Of a stretch of DNA of 64,000 nucleotides, positions 47,476 through 57,338 are shown one piece after another (position 1 is the stretch's first letter; each line of letters opens with the position of its first letter). The notes beneath the pieces are model-generated. The model saw only the letters and a list, made by a program, of their open reading frames with translations. It searched no databases and had not been told where the DNA came from. The stretch covers positions 133,200 to 197,199 of the forward strand of contig CAVTOV010000004.1 of assembly GCA_963736435.1 (NCBI GenBank), given 5' to 3'. This DNA comes from an uncultured Alphaproteobacteria bacterium. Lineage in GTDB: Bacteria; Pseudomonadota; Alphaproteobacteria; Rhizobiales; Xanthobacteraceae. Made by a program: the position numbers and the translations under genes.

Positions 47476-48763
47476 ATGCTGAGAAAAGAACAAAACGAAC
47501 TTCTCGCCCAGACCGGCCCCGGCACGCCCATGGGGCAGATGTTCCGCTCCTATTGGATGCCGGCGCTGCTCGCCGAGGAACTGCCGGAGAACGATTGCCC
47601 GCCGGTGCGGGTCAAGCTCCTCTCGGAGCGTCTGGTGGCTTTCCGCGATTCCAAGGGCCGCTATGGCTTGATGGATGAGTTCTGCGCCCATCGCGGCGTG
47701 TCGCTGTGGTTCGGCCGCAACGAAGAGGGCGGACTGCGCTGCCCCTATCATGGCTGGAAATACGACGTCACCGGCCAGTGCATCGATGTGCCGTCGGAGC
47801 CGGTCGAGAGCGGCTTCTGCGACAAGATCAAGCTGACGGCCTATCCCCTCGTGAAGATCGGCGCCGTGCTGTGGACCTATATGGGACCGGCCGACAAGAA
47901 GCCGCCGCTGCCGGAATGGGAATTCGCCCTGGTGCCGCAGGAGCAGAGCTTTACGTCAAAGCGCCTGCAGGAGAGCAATTGGCTGCAAGCCATGGAAGGA
48001 GGCATCGATTCGAGCCACGTTTCGTTCCTGCATCGCGGCGATCTGGGCTCCGACCCTCTGTTCAAGGGTGCCAAAGGCAATCAGTACAACCTCAACGACA
48101 TGAAGCCGCATTTCGAGGTCGTCGAACAGCCCGGCGGCTTGTTCATCGGTGCGCGCCGTAATGCAGAGAACGGCAATTATTATTGGCGCGTCACGCCATG
48201 GGTGATGCCGTGCTTCACCATGATCCCGCCGCGCGGCGATCACCCGATGCACGGCCATTTCTGGGTGCCGATCGACGACGAGAACTGCTGGGCCTGGAGC
48301 TACGATTTCCACCCGGTGCGGGCGCTGACTAAGACCGAAGTCGACGCCATGAAGGACGGCGCCGGCGTGCATTGCAAATATGTGCCCGGCACTTACCGGC
48401 CGCTCGCCAACAAGGACAACGACTATCTGATCGACCGCGCGGCGCAGAAGGCCGGCCGGACTTTCAGCGGCGTGTCCGGCATCGCGATCCAGGACTTCTT
48501 CGCTGCAGGAAAGCATGGGACCAATCTGCGACCGCACCAAAGAGAACCTGGTCTCGACCGACAACGGCATCATCATGGCGCGGCATCGCCTGATGCGCGC
48601 CGCCAAGGCGCTGGCCGAAAAGGGCGTGACGCCGCCGGGCGTCGATCCCGCCCACCATCGTGTCCGATCCTGCGCCATGGTGCTGCCGCCGGATGTTGCG
48701 TTCAAGGACAGCGCCAAGGAAGCGCTCAACGCCAAGCTCGGCATGGCGCAGACGACAGTGTGA
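47476..48763 (+). pseudogene. Rieske [2Fe-2S] oxygenase alpha subunit (phthalate-dioxygenase family), C-terminus displaced by a +1 frameshift
   Basis: Rieske motif CAHRG..CPYHGW, and an N-terminus NELLAQTGPGTPMGQMFRSYWMPA typical of the family. After ..GIAIQDFF the frame decays into Arg/Ala-rich nonsense. The next frame reads LQESMGPICDRTKENLVSTDNGIIMARHRLMRAAKAL.. through to the stop at 48763. Confidence 0.8.
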
Positions 48764-48808
48764 TCGTCATTCCGGGGCGGCCCGCAAGCGCCGAGTGCGG
48801 AATGACGA
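48764..48808. repeat. REP-like palindrome between convergent genes
   Basis: TCGTCATTCCG-N23-CGGAATGACGA, with perfect 11-bp arms. Confidence 0.5.
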
Positions 48809-48811
48809 GTA

Positions 48812-50482
48812 TCAGACTCCGTCGTTCTCGGTGGCCGCGTTCTTCCCTGCGATGAAACCCTGACAGATCGCGCGCGGCAGGCCGTGCATGGAAAAGCCGC
48901 CGGCCGATTCGCCGCCGCAATAGAGGCCGGGGATCACCTCGCCATCCATGTCGATCACCTGACAGCGCGCGTTGATGCGCAAGCCGGCGCGGGTGTCGTG
49001 AATGACCGGCGTCGCCCAAGCGGCGTAGAATGGTGGCTTCGCGATTTTGTAGAGCGGCTTCGGCTTGCCGAAGTCGGCATCCTTGCCAGCATCGACGAAT
49101 GAATTATAGCGCGCGATCGTGGCGGCGAGATTTTGCGGCGGCATCGCCACGCGCTGATATTTCATTGTGATGCCGGCGGCGAGCGCCTCGATGCTGTCGG
49201 CCTGGAAGAAGAATCCTGCGTCGACATCGACATGCGGCGGCGCCGGACGCCACTTTTCGCGCGCGACCGCATCGGCATCGAAGATCGCCCAGATCGGTCC
49301 GCCGCCGTTATGGCCGTCGCCGATTCCGGCGAGCGCCGCATTGATGAAATTGCTCGGATTGTAGGTTGCGTTTTTGGCGTTGAGGTAGGAATACGGCTCG
49401 TAAGGACTGGTGCTCTGATAGGTGTTGTAATTGAAATGTCCGCCGGTCTCGTCATAGAAGCGCTGGCCCAGCATGTTGACCAGGATGACGTCCTGCCAAT
49501 CCGCCACCTTGAGACCGATCGCGCGCGCCTTGTCGAAAACCTCGCTGCCCGGATACCAGCGCACATTCACATAGCCATATTGGCAGCCGATCGCGCCGGG
49601 CTTGGTGATGCCTGAACCGAATTCGCCGGTGTAGTTGAACAGGCCCCAGAGCCCGGCGCCGACCGCCATTGCCGCGATCTCGCCGCTGGCATCCTGATCC
49701 GACCACGGCATGCCGGCGAGACCGCAATATTCCTCGGTGAGGCGCGGATCGAACATGCGGCGGAAGTTGACGTTGCCGGTCGAGCCGCCGGTGGCGATAA
49801 TGACGGCCTTGCGGGCGCGGATATTGCGGCTTCCGCCTCCGTGATCGACCGCGATGCCGCGCACGCGACCTTCGCGCGGCGTCTCGCGGTGGATCGCCGT
49901 CATGCGGTGTTCGAGGAGAACCTCTACACCGGCATTCGACGCCGCGGCGTGAAGCGGCCGCATCAAGCCAGCGCCCGCTCTGATTTCGTCATCCGCGGGA
50001 TCGGCTGGTCCGCCGGTATGAACCATCGACCAATCCTCGACCGAAATCTGCATGGTGCGAAGCGCCGATACCCCGATCTCGTGTCCGACCTTGTTGGGCG
50101 GCCGGTCGATCACCTTCACGCCATGCGCGAGCAGGAATTCGAGCGTCGCCACGCTATTGTCGGCGAAAGCGCGGATGATCTCGCGGTCGTTGTACCTGTA
50201 AGGCGGGAAACCATTGGTCTCGACCACCGACCAGTCGGTCAAGTCCTGGAAAAACAAATCCGGCGAATCCTCGATGCCGTAATTCTTCTGATAGCTGGTG
50301 CCGCCGCCCAGCGGCAGGTTGCCGCCAGACGTAATGGCATGACCGCCGATACGCGGCTCGGCCTCGACCACGATGACCGAAGCGCCGGCTTCCCGTGCCA
50401 CGATGGCGGCAGGCAGGCCGGTCGCACCGGAGCCGACGACGACGATATCCGCTTCATGATGCCAGACGATTTCACGATTCAC
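48812..50482 (-). CDS. FAD-binding dehydrogenase (fumarate reductase / KstD-type flavoprotein family)
   Basis: 556 aa with ADIVVVGSGATGLPAAIVAREAGASVIVVE..GG and a C-terminal ..GLYCGGESAGG.. Confidence 0.85.
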   Translation of the reverse strand: MNREIVWHHEADIVVVGSGATGLPAAIVAREAGASVIVVEAEPRIGGHAITSGGNLPLGGGTSYQKNYGIEDSPDLFFQDLTDWSVVETNGFPPYRYNDREIIRAFADNSVATLEFLLAHGVKVIDRPPNKVGHEIGVSALRTMQISVEDWSMVHTGGPADPADDEIRAGAGLMRPLHAAASNAGVEVLLEHRMTAIHRETPREGRVRGIAVDHGGGSRNIRARKAVIIATGGSTGNVNFRRMFDPRLTEEYCGLAGMPWSDQDASGEIAAMAVGAGLWGLFNYTGEFGSGITKPGAIGCQYGYVNVRWYPGSEVFDKARAIGLKVADWQDVILVNMLGQRFYDETGGHFNYNTYQSTSPYEPYSYLNAKNATYNPSNFINAALAGIGDGHNGGGPIWAIFDADAVAREKWRPAPPHVDVDAGFFFQADSIEALAAGITMKYQRVAMPPQNLAATIARYNSFVDAGKDADFGKPKPLYKIAKPPFYAAWATPVIHDTRAGLRINARCQVIDMDGEVIPGLYCGGESAGGFSMHGLPRAICQGFIAGKNAATENDGV

Positions 50483-50593
50483 CGGTCATGTTCTCCCATA
50501 ATTTCTGCGGCGCGAAAGACTAACAGCATTGCCGAATTTGTGTCATGGGAGGGCGAAATCGGGAATTCGATTGCGACAGGAGGAGACGCCGCC

Positions 50594-51001
50594 ATGGCCG
50601 ATGTCGTTCCAACCCACCGGCTGACGCACGAGGCGAGCCAGAAGATGCTCGCGGCCGGCGTGGCGAAAGCTGATGCGCTCGGCTGCAAGGTCTCGCTCGC
50701 CGTCGTCGATCAGAGCTGCCGCCTGATCGCGTTCCTGATGATGGACGGCGCGCGGCATTTCTCGATCATCACCACCCAGCGAAAGGCGATCACGTCGGCA
50801 TCGCAACGGCAGCCGACCGGCTATGCGCCGGAAGAGAACGCGCTCAGCATGGCGGTGCGCATGGGCGACTTCACCAATGTACCGGGCGGATTTCCGATCG
50901 AGGTCGATGGCGAGGTCATCGGCGCGGTCGCCGCCGGGGGCGCCAAGATCGAGCAGGACGTCGAGGTCGCGAAAGCGGCGTTGGCGGCACTCGGTTTGTA
51001 A
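50594..51001 (+). CDS. GlcG/HbpS-like (DUF336) heme-binding protein
   Basis: 135 aa. GGAGGAG 7 nt upstream of the ATG. ..GGFPIEVDGEVIGAVAAGGAKIEQDVEVAKAAL.. The long ORF-track extension from 49841 is antisense shadow. Confidence 0.75.
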   Translation: MADVVPTHRLTHEASQKMLAAGVAKADALGCKVSLAVVDQSCRLIAFLMMDGARHFSIITTQRKAITSASQRQPTGYAPEENALSMAVRMGDFTNVPGGFPIEVDGEVIGAVAAGGAKIEQDVEVAKAALAALGL

Positions 51002-51017
51002 CCGGCTCGCACTTCGC

Positions 51018-51509
51018 TCAAGCCGGGCTCGGCTCTCCCCGCATTTCCTTCGCTGCAGCGCGCACCGCTTTGATGATGTTCTGATAGCCGGTGCAGCGGC
51101 AGAGATTCGATGCGAGCACGTCGAGCAGCTCCTCGTCGCTGATATGCGGATTCCTCTCCAGCGCATTGGTCGCGAGCATCAGGAAGCCCGGCGTGCAATA
51201 GCCGCATTGCAGGCCGTGATTTTCGATGAAGGCGCGCTGCAGCGGATGCAGCGCATCGCCCTTGGCGAGACCTTCAACGGTGCGGATTTTCTTGCCCTGG
51301 GCCTGTACCGCGAACATCAAACAGGAGCGCACCGCTTCGTCGTCGACAATGACGGTGCAGGTGCCACAGACACCGTGCTCGCAACCGATATGGGTGCCGG
51401 TCTGGCCGCAATCGTCGCGGATGGCGTCAACGAGCGTCCGCCGCGGTTCGACACGGATCGGACAATCCTGGCCGTTGATGGTGAGCGTGATATCGAATTT
51501 TTCGTTCAT
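51018..51509 (-). CDS. (2Fe-2S)-binding protein, CoxS / xanthine dehydrogenase small-subunit type
   Basis: MNEKFDITLTINGQ..GCEHGVCGTCTVIVD..LQCGYCTPGFLM..NLCRCTGY. Start chosen at 51509. Confidence 0.85.
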   Translation of the reverse strand: MNEKFDITLTINGQDCPIRVEPRRTLVDAIRDDCGQTGTHIGCEHGVCGTCTVIVDDEAVRSCLMFAVQAQGKKIRTVEGLAKGDALHPLQRAFIENHGLQCGYCTPGFLMLATNALERNPHISDEELLDVLASNLCRCTGYQNIIKAVRAAAKEMRGEPSPA

Positions 51510-51570
51510 TGCGCCGCAGTCTAACTCAGCGGCGACAGCCGGGTCGAGCCCGGCCAAGCCCGACCATGAA

Positions 51571-52569
51571 CTACATATCGAGAACGAGCCGCTCGGTCTT
51601 GCAGCCGCAGCAGCAGATCATGACCTTGTCGTTGGCGTCCTGCTCTTCTTCGCTGAGCACCGAATCGCGGTGTTCGGGAATGCCGGAGATCACGCGGGTC
51701 ACGCATTCGCCGCAGATGCCGAGCTCGCAGGAATAGTCGACGTCCACGCCGGCATCGAACAGCACTTCGAGGATCTTCTTGCCCTCGGGGATGTAATATT
51801 CCTCGCCCGAACGCGCGAGTTCGACCCAAAAGCCGCCGGTGGTCGCGGCTTCAGCCTTGGCGGTGAAGTATTCGACATGGACATTGCCGCGCGGCCGGTT
51901 GGCGGCTGCCGCTTCAAAGGCGGTGAGCATCGCCTTCGGGCCGCAGCAATAAAAATGCGCGCCCGCCGGGGCGGCGCCGATGGCAGCGGCGAGATCGAGG
52001 AATTTGCCGCCGGCTTCGTCGTCGAAATGCAGATGCACCGCTTCCGGATCGAGCTTTTGCAGCGGTTCGAGGAATGCCATCTCGTCGCGGGTCCGGCACG
52101 AATAGTGGAGTTTCCACGGGCGCTTTTGCGCGATCAACTCCTGCGCCATGCACCAGATCGGCGTGATGCCTATGCCGCCGGCGACAAGAACGATCGGTTC
52201 GGCGCTCTCGACCAGTGGAAAATTATTGCGCGGCGCGCTGATCTTGATCTCGTCGCCGACCTTCATCTGGTCGAAGATGTAGATAGAACCGCCGCGGCTG
52301 GCCGGATCGCGCTTGATCCCGACAACGTAGCTCTCGGGATCGGCGTCGGGCTGGCACAGCGAGAATTGCCGGATCATGCCGTTGGGCAGATGCAGATCGA
52401 TATGCGCACCGGGTTTGTAGGGCGGCAGCCGCGCGCCACCGACGCGCTGGAACCGGTAAAGATTCGTATCCCGCGCCACAGGCACGATTTCGGTGAGCCG
52501 AGCGTCGATCAAGCCCGGTTGGGCCTTATGCGGATCGAGGGTCGGAGAGGGTGCTGTCAGCGTGTCCAT
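51571..52569 (-). CDS. PDR/VanB-family oxidoreductase (flavin + NAD + C-terminal plant-type 2Fe-2S)
   Basis: 332 aa with ..RQFSLC.., ..LVAGGIGITP.. and C-terminal ..CELGICGECVTRV..CCCGC.. Confidence 0.85.
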   Translation of the reverse strand: MDTLTAPSPTLDPHKAQPGLIDARLTEIVPVARDTNLYRFQRVGGARLPPYKPGAHIDLHLPNGMIRQFSLCQPDADPESYVVGIKRDPASRGGSIYIFDQMKVGDEIKISAPRNNFPLVESAEPIVLVAGGIGITPIWCMAQELIAQKRPWKLHYSCRTRDEMAFLEPLQKLDPEAVHLHFDDEAGGKFLDLAAAIGAAPAGAHFYCCGPKAMLTAFEAAAANRPRGNVHVEYFTAKAEAATTGGFWVELARSGEEYYIPEGKKILEVLFDAGVDVDYSCELGICGECVTRVISGIPEHRDSVLSEEEQDANDKVMICCCGCKTERLVLDM

Positions 52570-52635
52570 GCGGGGCTTAAATAGGCGGCTGGAGTGGGTT
52601 TCCGCAACCCGGTTCTCGATACCTATGAGTTCCGG

Positions 52636-54111
52636 CTAATTGCGGTGGGCGAGGCTTATTTGGCCTTGATCGGGCGTCGAAACTTCATGTTTCGCCGCCG
52701 TTTTCACCTGGTCCGCGAACACCCGTCCAATCATCACCACAACCGGCCCCGAGGGCGGTTCGTCGGCCAAGCGCGCCGGCAGGTCGCTAATGGTCGCGCC
52801 GACGACGCGTTCGTCGGCGCGGGTTGCGCGTTCGACCGCCACGGCCGGCGTTGCCGGATCGAGACCCGCTTTCACCGCTGCGGCGACCAGTTCGGGCAAC
52901 GTCTTGGCCGGCATGTAGATAACGGTCGTCACGGCCGGATCGGCCAGACTCGACCAGTCGATGTCGTTGGGCAATTTGCCGTCGCGGCCGTGGCCGGTGA
53001 TGTATTGCACGCGGCGCGCTTCACCGCGGCGCGTCAACGAAACCAGCAAGCGGCTGGCGGCGCCCTGAGCCGTGGTGATGCCGGGTACAACTTCGACTGC
53101 GATCCCCGCCGCGCGGCAGGCGGCGATCTCTTCGTCGGCGCGACCGAAAATCATCGGATCGCCGCCTTTGAGCCGCACCACGCGGCGGCCGGCCTTGGCG
53201 AGCGAGATCATCAGGGCATTGATGTCGTCCTGCCGGCACGACGCCCGGTAGCCGGTCTTTCCGACCAGCATTTTCTTCGCTTCGCGGCGGGCAAAATCGA
53301 GAATGTCGGCAGCGACCAGATCGTCGAACAGGATCACGTCGGCCGACTGCAGGGCGCGCACCGCGCGTAGCGTCAGCAGTTCCGGATTGCCGGGTCCGGC
53401 ACCGACAAGAACCACCGAGCCTGACTCGCGAGCCATCGTGGGCGCCAGCAACGCATCGAGATCGGCATCGGTCGGCGCCCGTTCCGGCGCGGCAATGGCA
53501 CGGGCGGTAAATCTCTCCCAAAAGCTGCGGCGGCCGCGGAACGGCAAAGCCAGCGCCTGCACGCGGGGCCGCCAGGCGCGGGCGGCATCGGCCCAGCGGC
53601 TAAAACCTCTCGGGATCAGCGCCTCGATCTTGGCGCGGATCGCCTGGCCGAACACCGGCGCCGCACCATCGGTCGAAATGCCGATGACGAGCGGCGAACG
53701 ATTGACGATGGCGCCGAACGAGAAATCGCAAAACGCGGGGCGGTCGACGACATTGACCGGGACGCCGGCCGCGCGCGCTGCGGCGGCGAATTGCGCGGCT
53801 TCCCGATCGTCGGCGCAATCGCCCACGGCAATCGCAGCGCCGGCAAAATCGGACGAATCCCAGGGTCGTTGGCGGATAACGATAGGGCCGCGTGGCGCGG
53901 CGCCCGCGAGCGCCAACATCTGTTCGCCAGGCGACGGCGCAAACACCTCGACCTGGGCACCGGCGGCCGACAGCAACTCGGCCTTCCACGCGGCGGGCTC
54001 GGTTCCTCCGGCAACGACGACACGCTTTCCCTCAAGCGCAAAGAAGGCCGGCAATCGCGCCAGCGGCGCCATCCGGGTGATTTGAACTTCGATGGGTGCG
54101 CGGCTCATCAA
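52636..54111 (-). CDS. cysG: siroheme synthase (precorrin-2 dehydrogenase / ferrochelatase / uroporphyrinogen-III C-methyltransferase)
   Basis: 491 aa. The N-terminal region is ..GKRVVVAGGTEPAAWKAELL.. The C-terminal SUMT domain is GSVVLVGAGPGNPELLTLRAVRALQSADVILFDDLV..RLKGGDPMIFGR.. The exact start is uncertain. Confidence 0.9.
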   Translation of the reverse strand: MMSRAPIEVQITRMAPLARLPAFFALEGKRVVVAGGTEPAAWKAELLSAAGAQVEVFAPSPGEQMLALAGAAPRGPIVIRQRPWDSSDFAGAAIAVGDCADDREAAQFAAAARAAGVPVNVVDRPAFCDFSFGAIVNRSPLVIGISTDGAAPVFGQAIRAKIEALIPRGFSRWADAARAWRPRVQALALPFRGRRSFWERFTARAIAAPERAPTDADLDALLAPTMARESGSVVLVGAGPGNPELLTLRAVRALQSADVILFDDLVAADILDFARREAKKMLVGKTGYRASCRQDDINALMISLAKAGRRVVRLKGGDPMIFGRADEEIAACRAAGIAVEVVPGITTAQGAASRLLVSLTRRGEARRVQYITGHGRDGKLPNDIDWSSLADPAVTTVIYMPAKTLPELVAAAVKAGLDPATPAVAVERATRADERVVGATISDLPARLADEPPSGPVVVMIGRVFADQVKTAAKHEVSTPDQGQISLAHRN

Positions 54112-54222
54112 ATGCCCTGCCTATCTCATCCGTACGTAGAATATAATTCTTAATATCGCAAACTCCTCGGATTATATTGATATTTCATCCCATATATCCC
54201 AACATAACTGAAATTCTATCCC

Positions 54223-54254
54223 AAAAAAGTCTCCGCTTTGGAAGCGGCGAGACT
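54223..54254 (-). terminator. rho-independent terminator (minus strand), about 100 nt beyond the rnpB 3' end
   Basis: The minus strand reads AGTCTCGCCGC-TTCCAAA-GCGGAGACT followed by TTTTTT. A second GC hairpin (GGGCGCCCG-N12-CGGGCGCCC, 54314-54343) lies immediately after rnpB. Confidence 0.5.
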
Positions 54255-54352
54255 TCCTGCGATCGCCTCGATGAATTCAAAAGGCGTGCCAAACAGCGGC
54301 CCGGAAACTTGGCGGGCGCCCGACGGGATTCCGCCGGGCGCCCTTAGTTCGC

Positions 54353-54775
<423 letters not shown>

Positions 54776-54828
54776 GGGGGATGGATGGGCGCCCATGCCC
54801 TTGCCGTCAAGGGGTTGGATTGCTGGGC

Positions 54829-55647
54829 TTAAAGAGTGATCTGGAGCATCGGACTGCGGGCGCGCGCAGCGATGGTCCGGGCGCGGCCGCGATTGGCTAT
54901 GAGGTCCGCAAGCGTGCTGCGGGTCGAGGCGTCGGCGATCCCGTCGATGAGTTCCGGCCGGAAATGGCGCTGGAAGGCGGTAACGACTTCAAGTGTCACG
55001 GCATCGTATTCGCCATTGACGTCGAGACCATAGCCGTAGTCGACGAGCGATCTTTGAAATGCGGCAACGGTCTCGCCACGGTTGCCGGGCGCCAGGACAT
55101 GACCGAAATTAACGATCGTCGCCGGTTTGACCCAATGACCGACGCCCGAATCGTAGAGCGTACGCCAGGGAAATTTCTCACCGGGATCCTGTTTGCGGGA
55201 CGGCGCCACGTCCGAATGCGCAAGGACGCGAACCGACGGAATCGTATGCCGGATTTGAATGCTACGGCACAGCGCCGTCACGGCCGCGATCTGGCGCTTG
55301 GGAAAGTCCGGATAGCCGTGATCGTGCCCCGAATTGGCGATTTCGATGCCGATCGAACACGAATTGATATCGGTCTCGCCCGCCCAACAGGACTGCCCGG
55401 CGTGCCAGGCGCGACGGCCCTCCGGTACCATTTGGACGATACGGCCGTCTTCAAAGACAAAATAGTGGCAGGAAACGTCGCTGCCGCGGGCGCGCAGAAG
55501 TTCCAGCGCAGCATCCGCATCCGCCATGCCGGTGTAATGCAAAAGAATCATATCGGGCTGCCGCCCGTCCCGGCGTTCGCCGTTGTTGGGCGACGGCAGG
55601 ACTTCGGCGACGACCGAGGAGTCGGGGGTGAACGCGTTGCGCGACAT
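54829..55647 (-). CDS. N-acetylmuramoyl-L-alanine amidase (AmpD/AmiD type) with a C-terminal peptidoglycan-binding domain
   Basis: ..ILLHYTGM..SCHYFV..AWHAG.S.W..NS.SIGIEI.N.G..LAHSDVAP.RK.DPG..FPW, then a PG_binding_1-like ..VAAFQRSLVDYGY..NGEYD.. Confidence 0.85.
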   Translation of the reverse strand: MSRNAFTPDSSVVAEVLPSPNNGERRDGRQPDMILLHYTGMADADAALELLRARGSDVSCHYFVFEDGRIVQMVPEGRRAWHAGQSCWAGETDINSCSIGIEIANSGHDHGYPDFPKRQIAAVTALCRSIQIRHTIPSVRVLAHSDVAPSRKQDPGEKFPWRTLYDSGVGHWVKPATIVNFGHVLAPGNRGETVAAFQRSLVDYGYGLDVNGEYDAVTLEVVTAFQRHFRPELIDGIADASTRSTLADLIANRGRARTIAARARSPMLQITL

Positions 55648-55899
55648 CGGATCACTTTAGGGTAACGGCCGCCGGGCACAAAGCTCAATTGCGCGGCAAG
55701 GCTTCAACCATTCCTTAAGCTTACCGCTCGCTAATCGATACCGAGCAAAGCCGGCTCATTGCTACCGCCGGACCGTTGACGCCATTGGCCCATGACAGCC
55801 CATTTTATTCCACCAATGCTCACGCGGTGCCGGCTGGACAGGCACAGCGCCATGAGCGTCTGGTGCGAAGCCCGTGCGCTTGAACAGTATCGCGCAAAA

Positions 55900-56925
55900 A
55901 TGACGGCAAACAGTGACGATAATCCTTCCGCGAGCGTGACGGGACGTCACGTTCCGGTGCTTGCCCGCCAAGCCGTCGGCTGGCTCGATGTCAAAAGCGA
56001 CGGGCTCTATATCGACGCGACATTCGGTGCCGGCGGCTATACGCGCGCCATCCTCGAAACTCCCGGTACCCGGGTAGTCGGCATCGACCGCGATCGCAGC
56101 GCGATCGTGCATGGCGCAGCGCTGGTCGATGCGGCGAATGGCCGCCTCGAACTCGCCGAGGATCGTTTTTCGAATTTAGATTCGATCGTCGGCAACGCCG
56201 CGGCCGACGGCATCGTGTTCGATCTCGGCGTTTCATCGATGCAGATCGACCAAGCGGCGCGCGGATTTTCGTTCCGTCTCGACGGACCGCTCGATATGCG
56301 GATGGGCGGCGACGGTCCGAGCGCCGCAGACATTGTCGCGCACGCCAGCGAGCGGGATCTCGCCACCATCATCGCCATTCTGGGCGAAGAGCGCCATGCC
56401 AGGGCCGTCGCACGCACCATTGTGCGCGCCCGCGCCGAACGTTCGATCGATACCACGGGCGCGCTGGCGGAGATCGTCGGCCGCGTCGTGCACATGCGCG
56501 ACAGCGCAATCCATCCGGCCACCCGCACCTTTCAGGCGCTGCGCATTTTCGTCAATGACGAACTCGGCGAGATAGCGCGCGCGCTTGTTGCCGCCGAGCG
56601 CGCTCTGAAACCTTCGGGCCGGCTCGCGGTGGTGGCGTTCCATTCGCTCGAGGATCGCATTGTCAAAAGCTTCCTGGTCGAGCGCAGCCGCGCACCATCA
56701 GGCTCGCGGCACCAACCTGAGCTCGATGCGCCGCCGCCGACCTTCCGGGTGCTGACGCGGCGCCCACAAACGCCGGACGAAGCCGAAATCGCCGACAATC
56801 CGCGCTCCCGCTCGGCGAAGCTGCGCGCGGCCGAGCGTACCGAAGCCTCGCCGCGAGGAACATCCATCGAGCATCTTGTGCCGCGCCTGCCGTCATTCGC
56901 CGGCATCATGCGGGGGCGGCCGTGA
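55900..56925 (+). CDS. rsmH: 16S rRNA (cytosine1402-N4)-methyltransferase
   Basis: ..[55 protein letters not shown].. Start chosen at the Met at 55900; the ORF track begins at 55792. Confidence 0.9.
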   Translation: MTANSDDNPSASVTGRHVPVLARQAVGWLDVKSDGLYIDATFGAGGYTRAILETPGTRVVGIDRDRSAIVHGAALVDAANGRLELAEDRFSNLDSIVGNAAADGIVFDLGVSSMQIDQAARGFSFRLDGPLDMRMGGDGPSAADIVAHASERDLATIIAILGEERHARAVARTIVRARAERSIDTTGALAEIVGRVVHMRDSAIHPATRTFQALRIFVNDELGEIARALVAAERALKPSGRLAVVAFHSLEDRIVKSFLVERSRAPSGSRHQPELDAPPPTFRVLTRRPQTPDEAEIADNPRSRSAKLRAAERTEASPRGTSIEHLVPRLPSFAGIMRGRP

Positions 56926-57338
56926 TCCTGCGCGCGCTCAATTTCATTGTGATCTGCGCACTCGTACTCGCGGCCGCTTACGTCTATCGGATCAAATTCG
57001 ATTCGACGGTGCAGGCGGAACGTCTTGCCAAACTCCGCAGCGAGGTGCGCCACGAGCGTGATGAAATCGCCGCATTACGCGCCGAATGGGGACAACTCGA
57101 CAGTCCGGACCGGATCGAAACGCTGGCCAAACGCTTTCTGCAGCTCAAGCCGATCGCGCCGACGCAATTCGATGCGCTCGATCACCTGCCCGACCGGCCG
57201 CCGCAAGACACCACCGCCTACAACAATGACCCGATCGGCGGCATCATCGAGAATTTGGAACAGCCCAACACGATCGATACGACCGGCAGCATCCCAGCCG
57301 CGCCGGCTCCCAATGCATCGAGCGGAGCGCCGCAATGA
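56922..57338 (+). CDS. ftsL: cell division protein FtsL-like
   Basis: 138 aa with a single TM helix ([18 protein letters not shown]) and a coiled coil. The position between rsmH and ftsI is conserved. Start/stop overlaps occur at both ends. Confidence 0.7.
   Translation: MILRALNFIVICALVLAAAYVYRIKFDSTVQAERLAKLRSEVRHERDEIAALRAEWGQLDSPDRIETLAKRFLQLKPIAPTQFDALDHLPDRPPQDTTAYNNDPIGGIIENLEQPNTIDTTGSIPAAPAPNASSGAPQ

Noticed and set aside
47476-52569. Interpretation of the cluster as a KshA/KshB/KstD steroid-ring-opening module.
   Set aside because: The Rieske protein has the phthalate-dioxygenase-type N-terminus (NELL..G.GTPMG..R.YW.P), not the KshA type. No other steroid catabolic genes are present. 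Only the generic family level is supportable.
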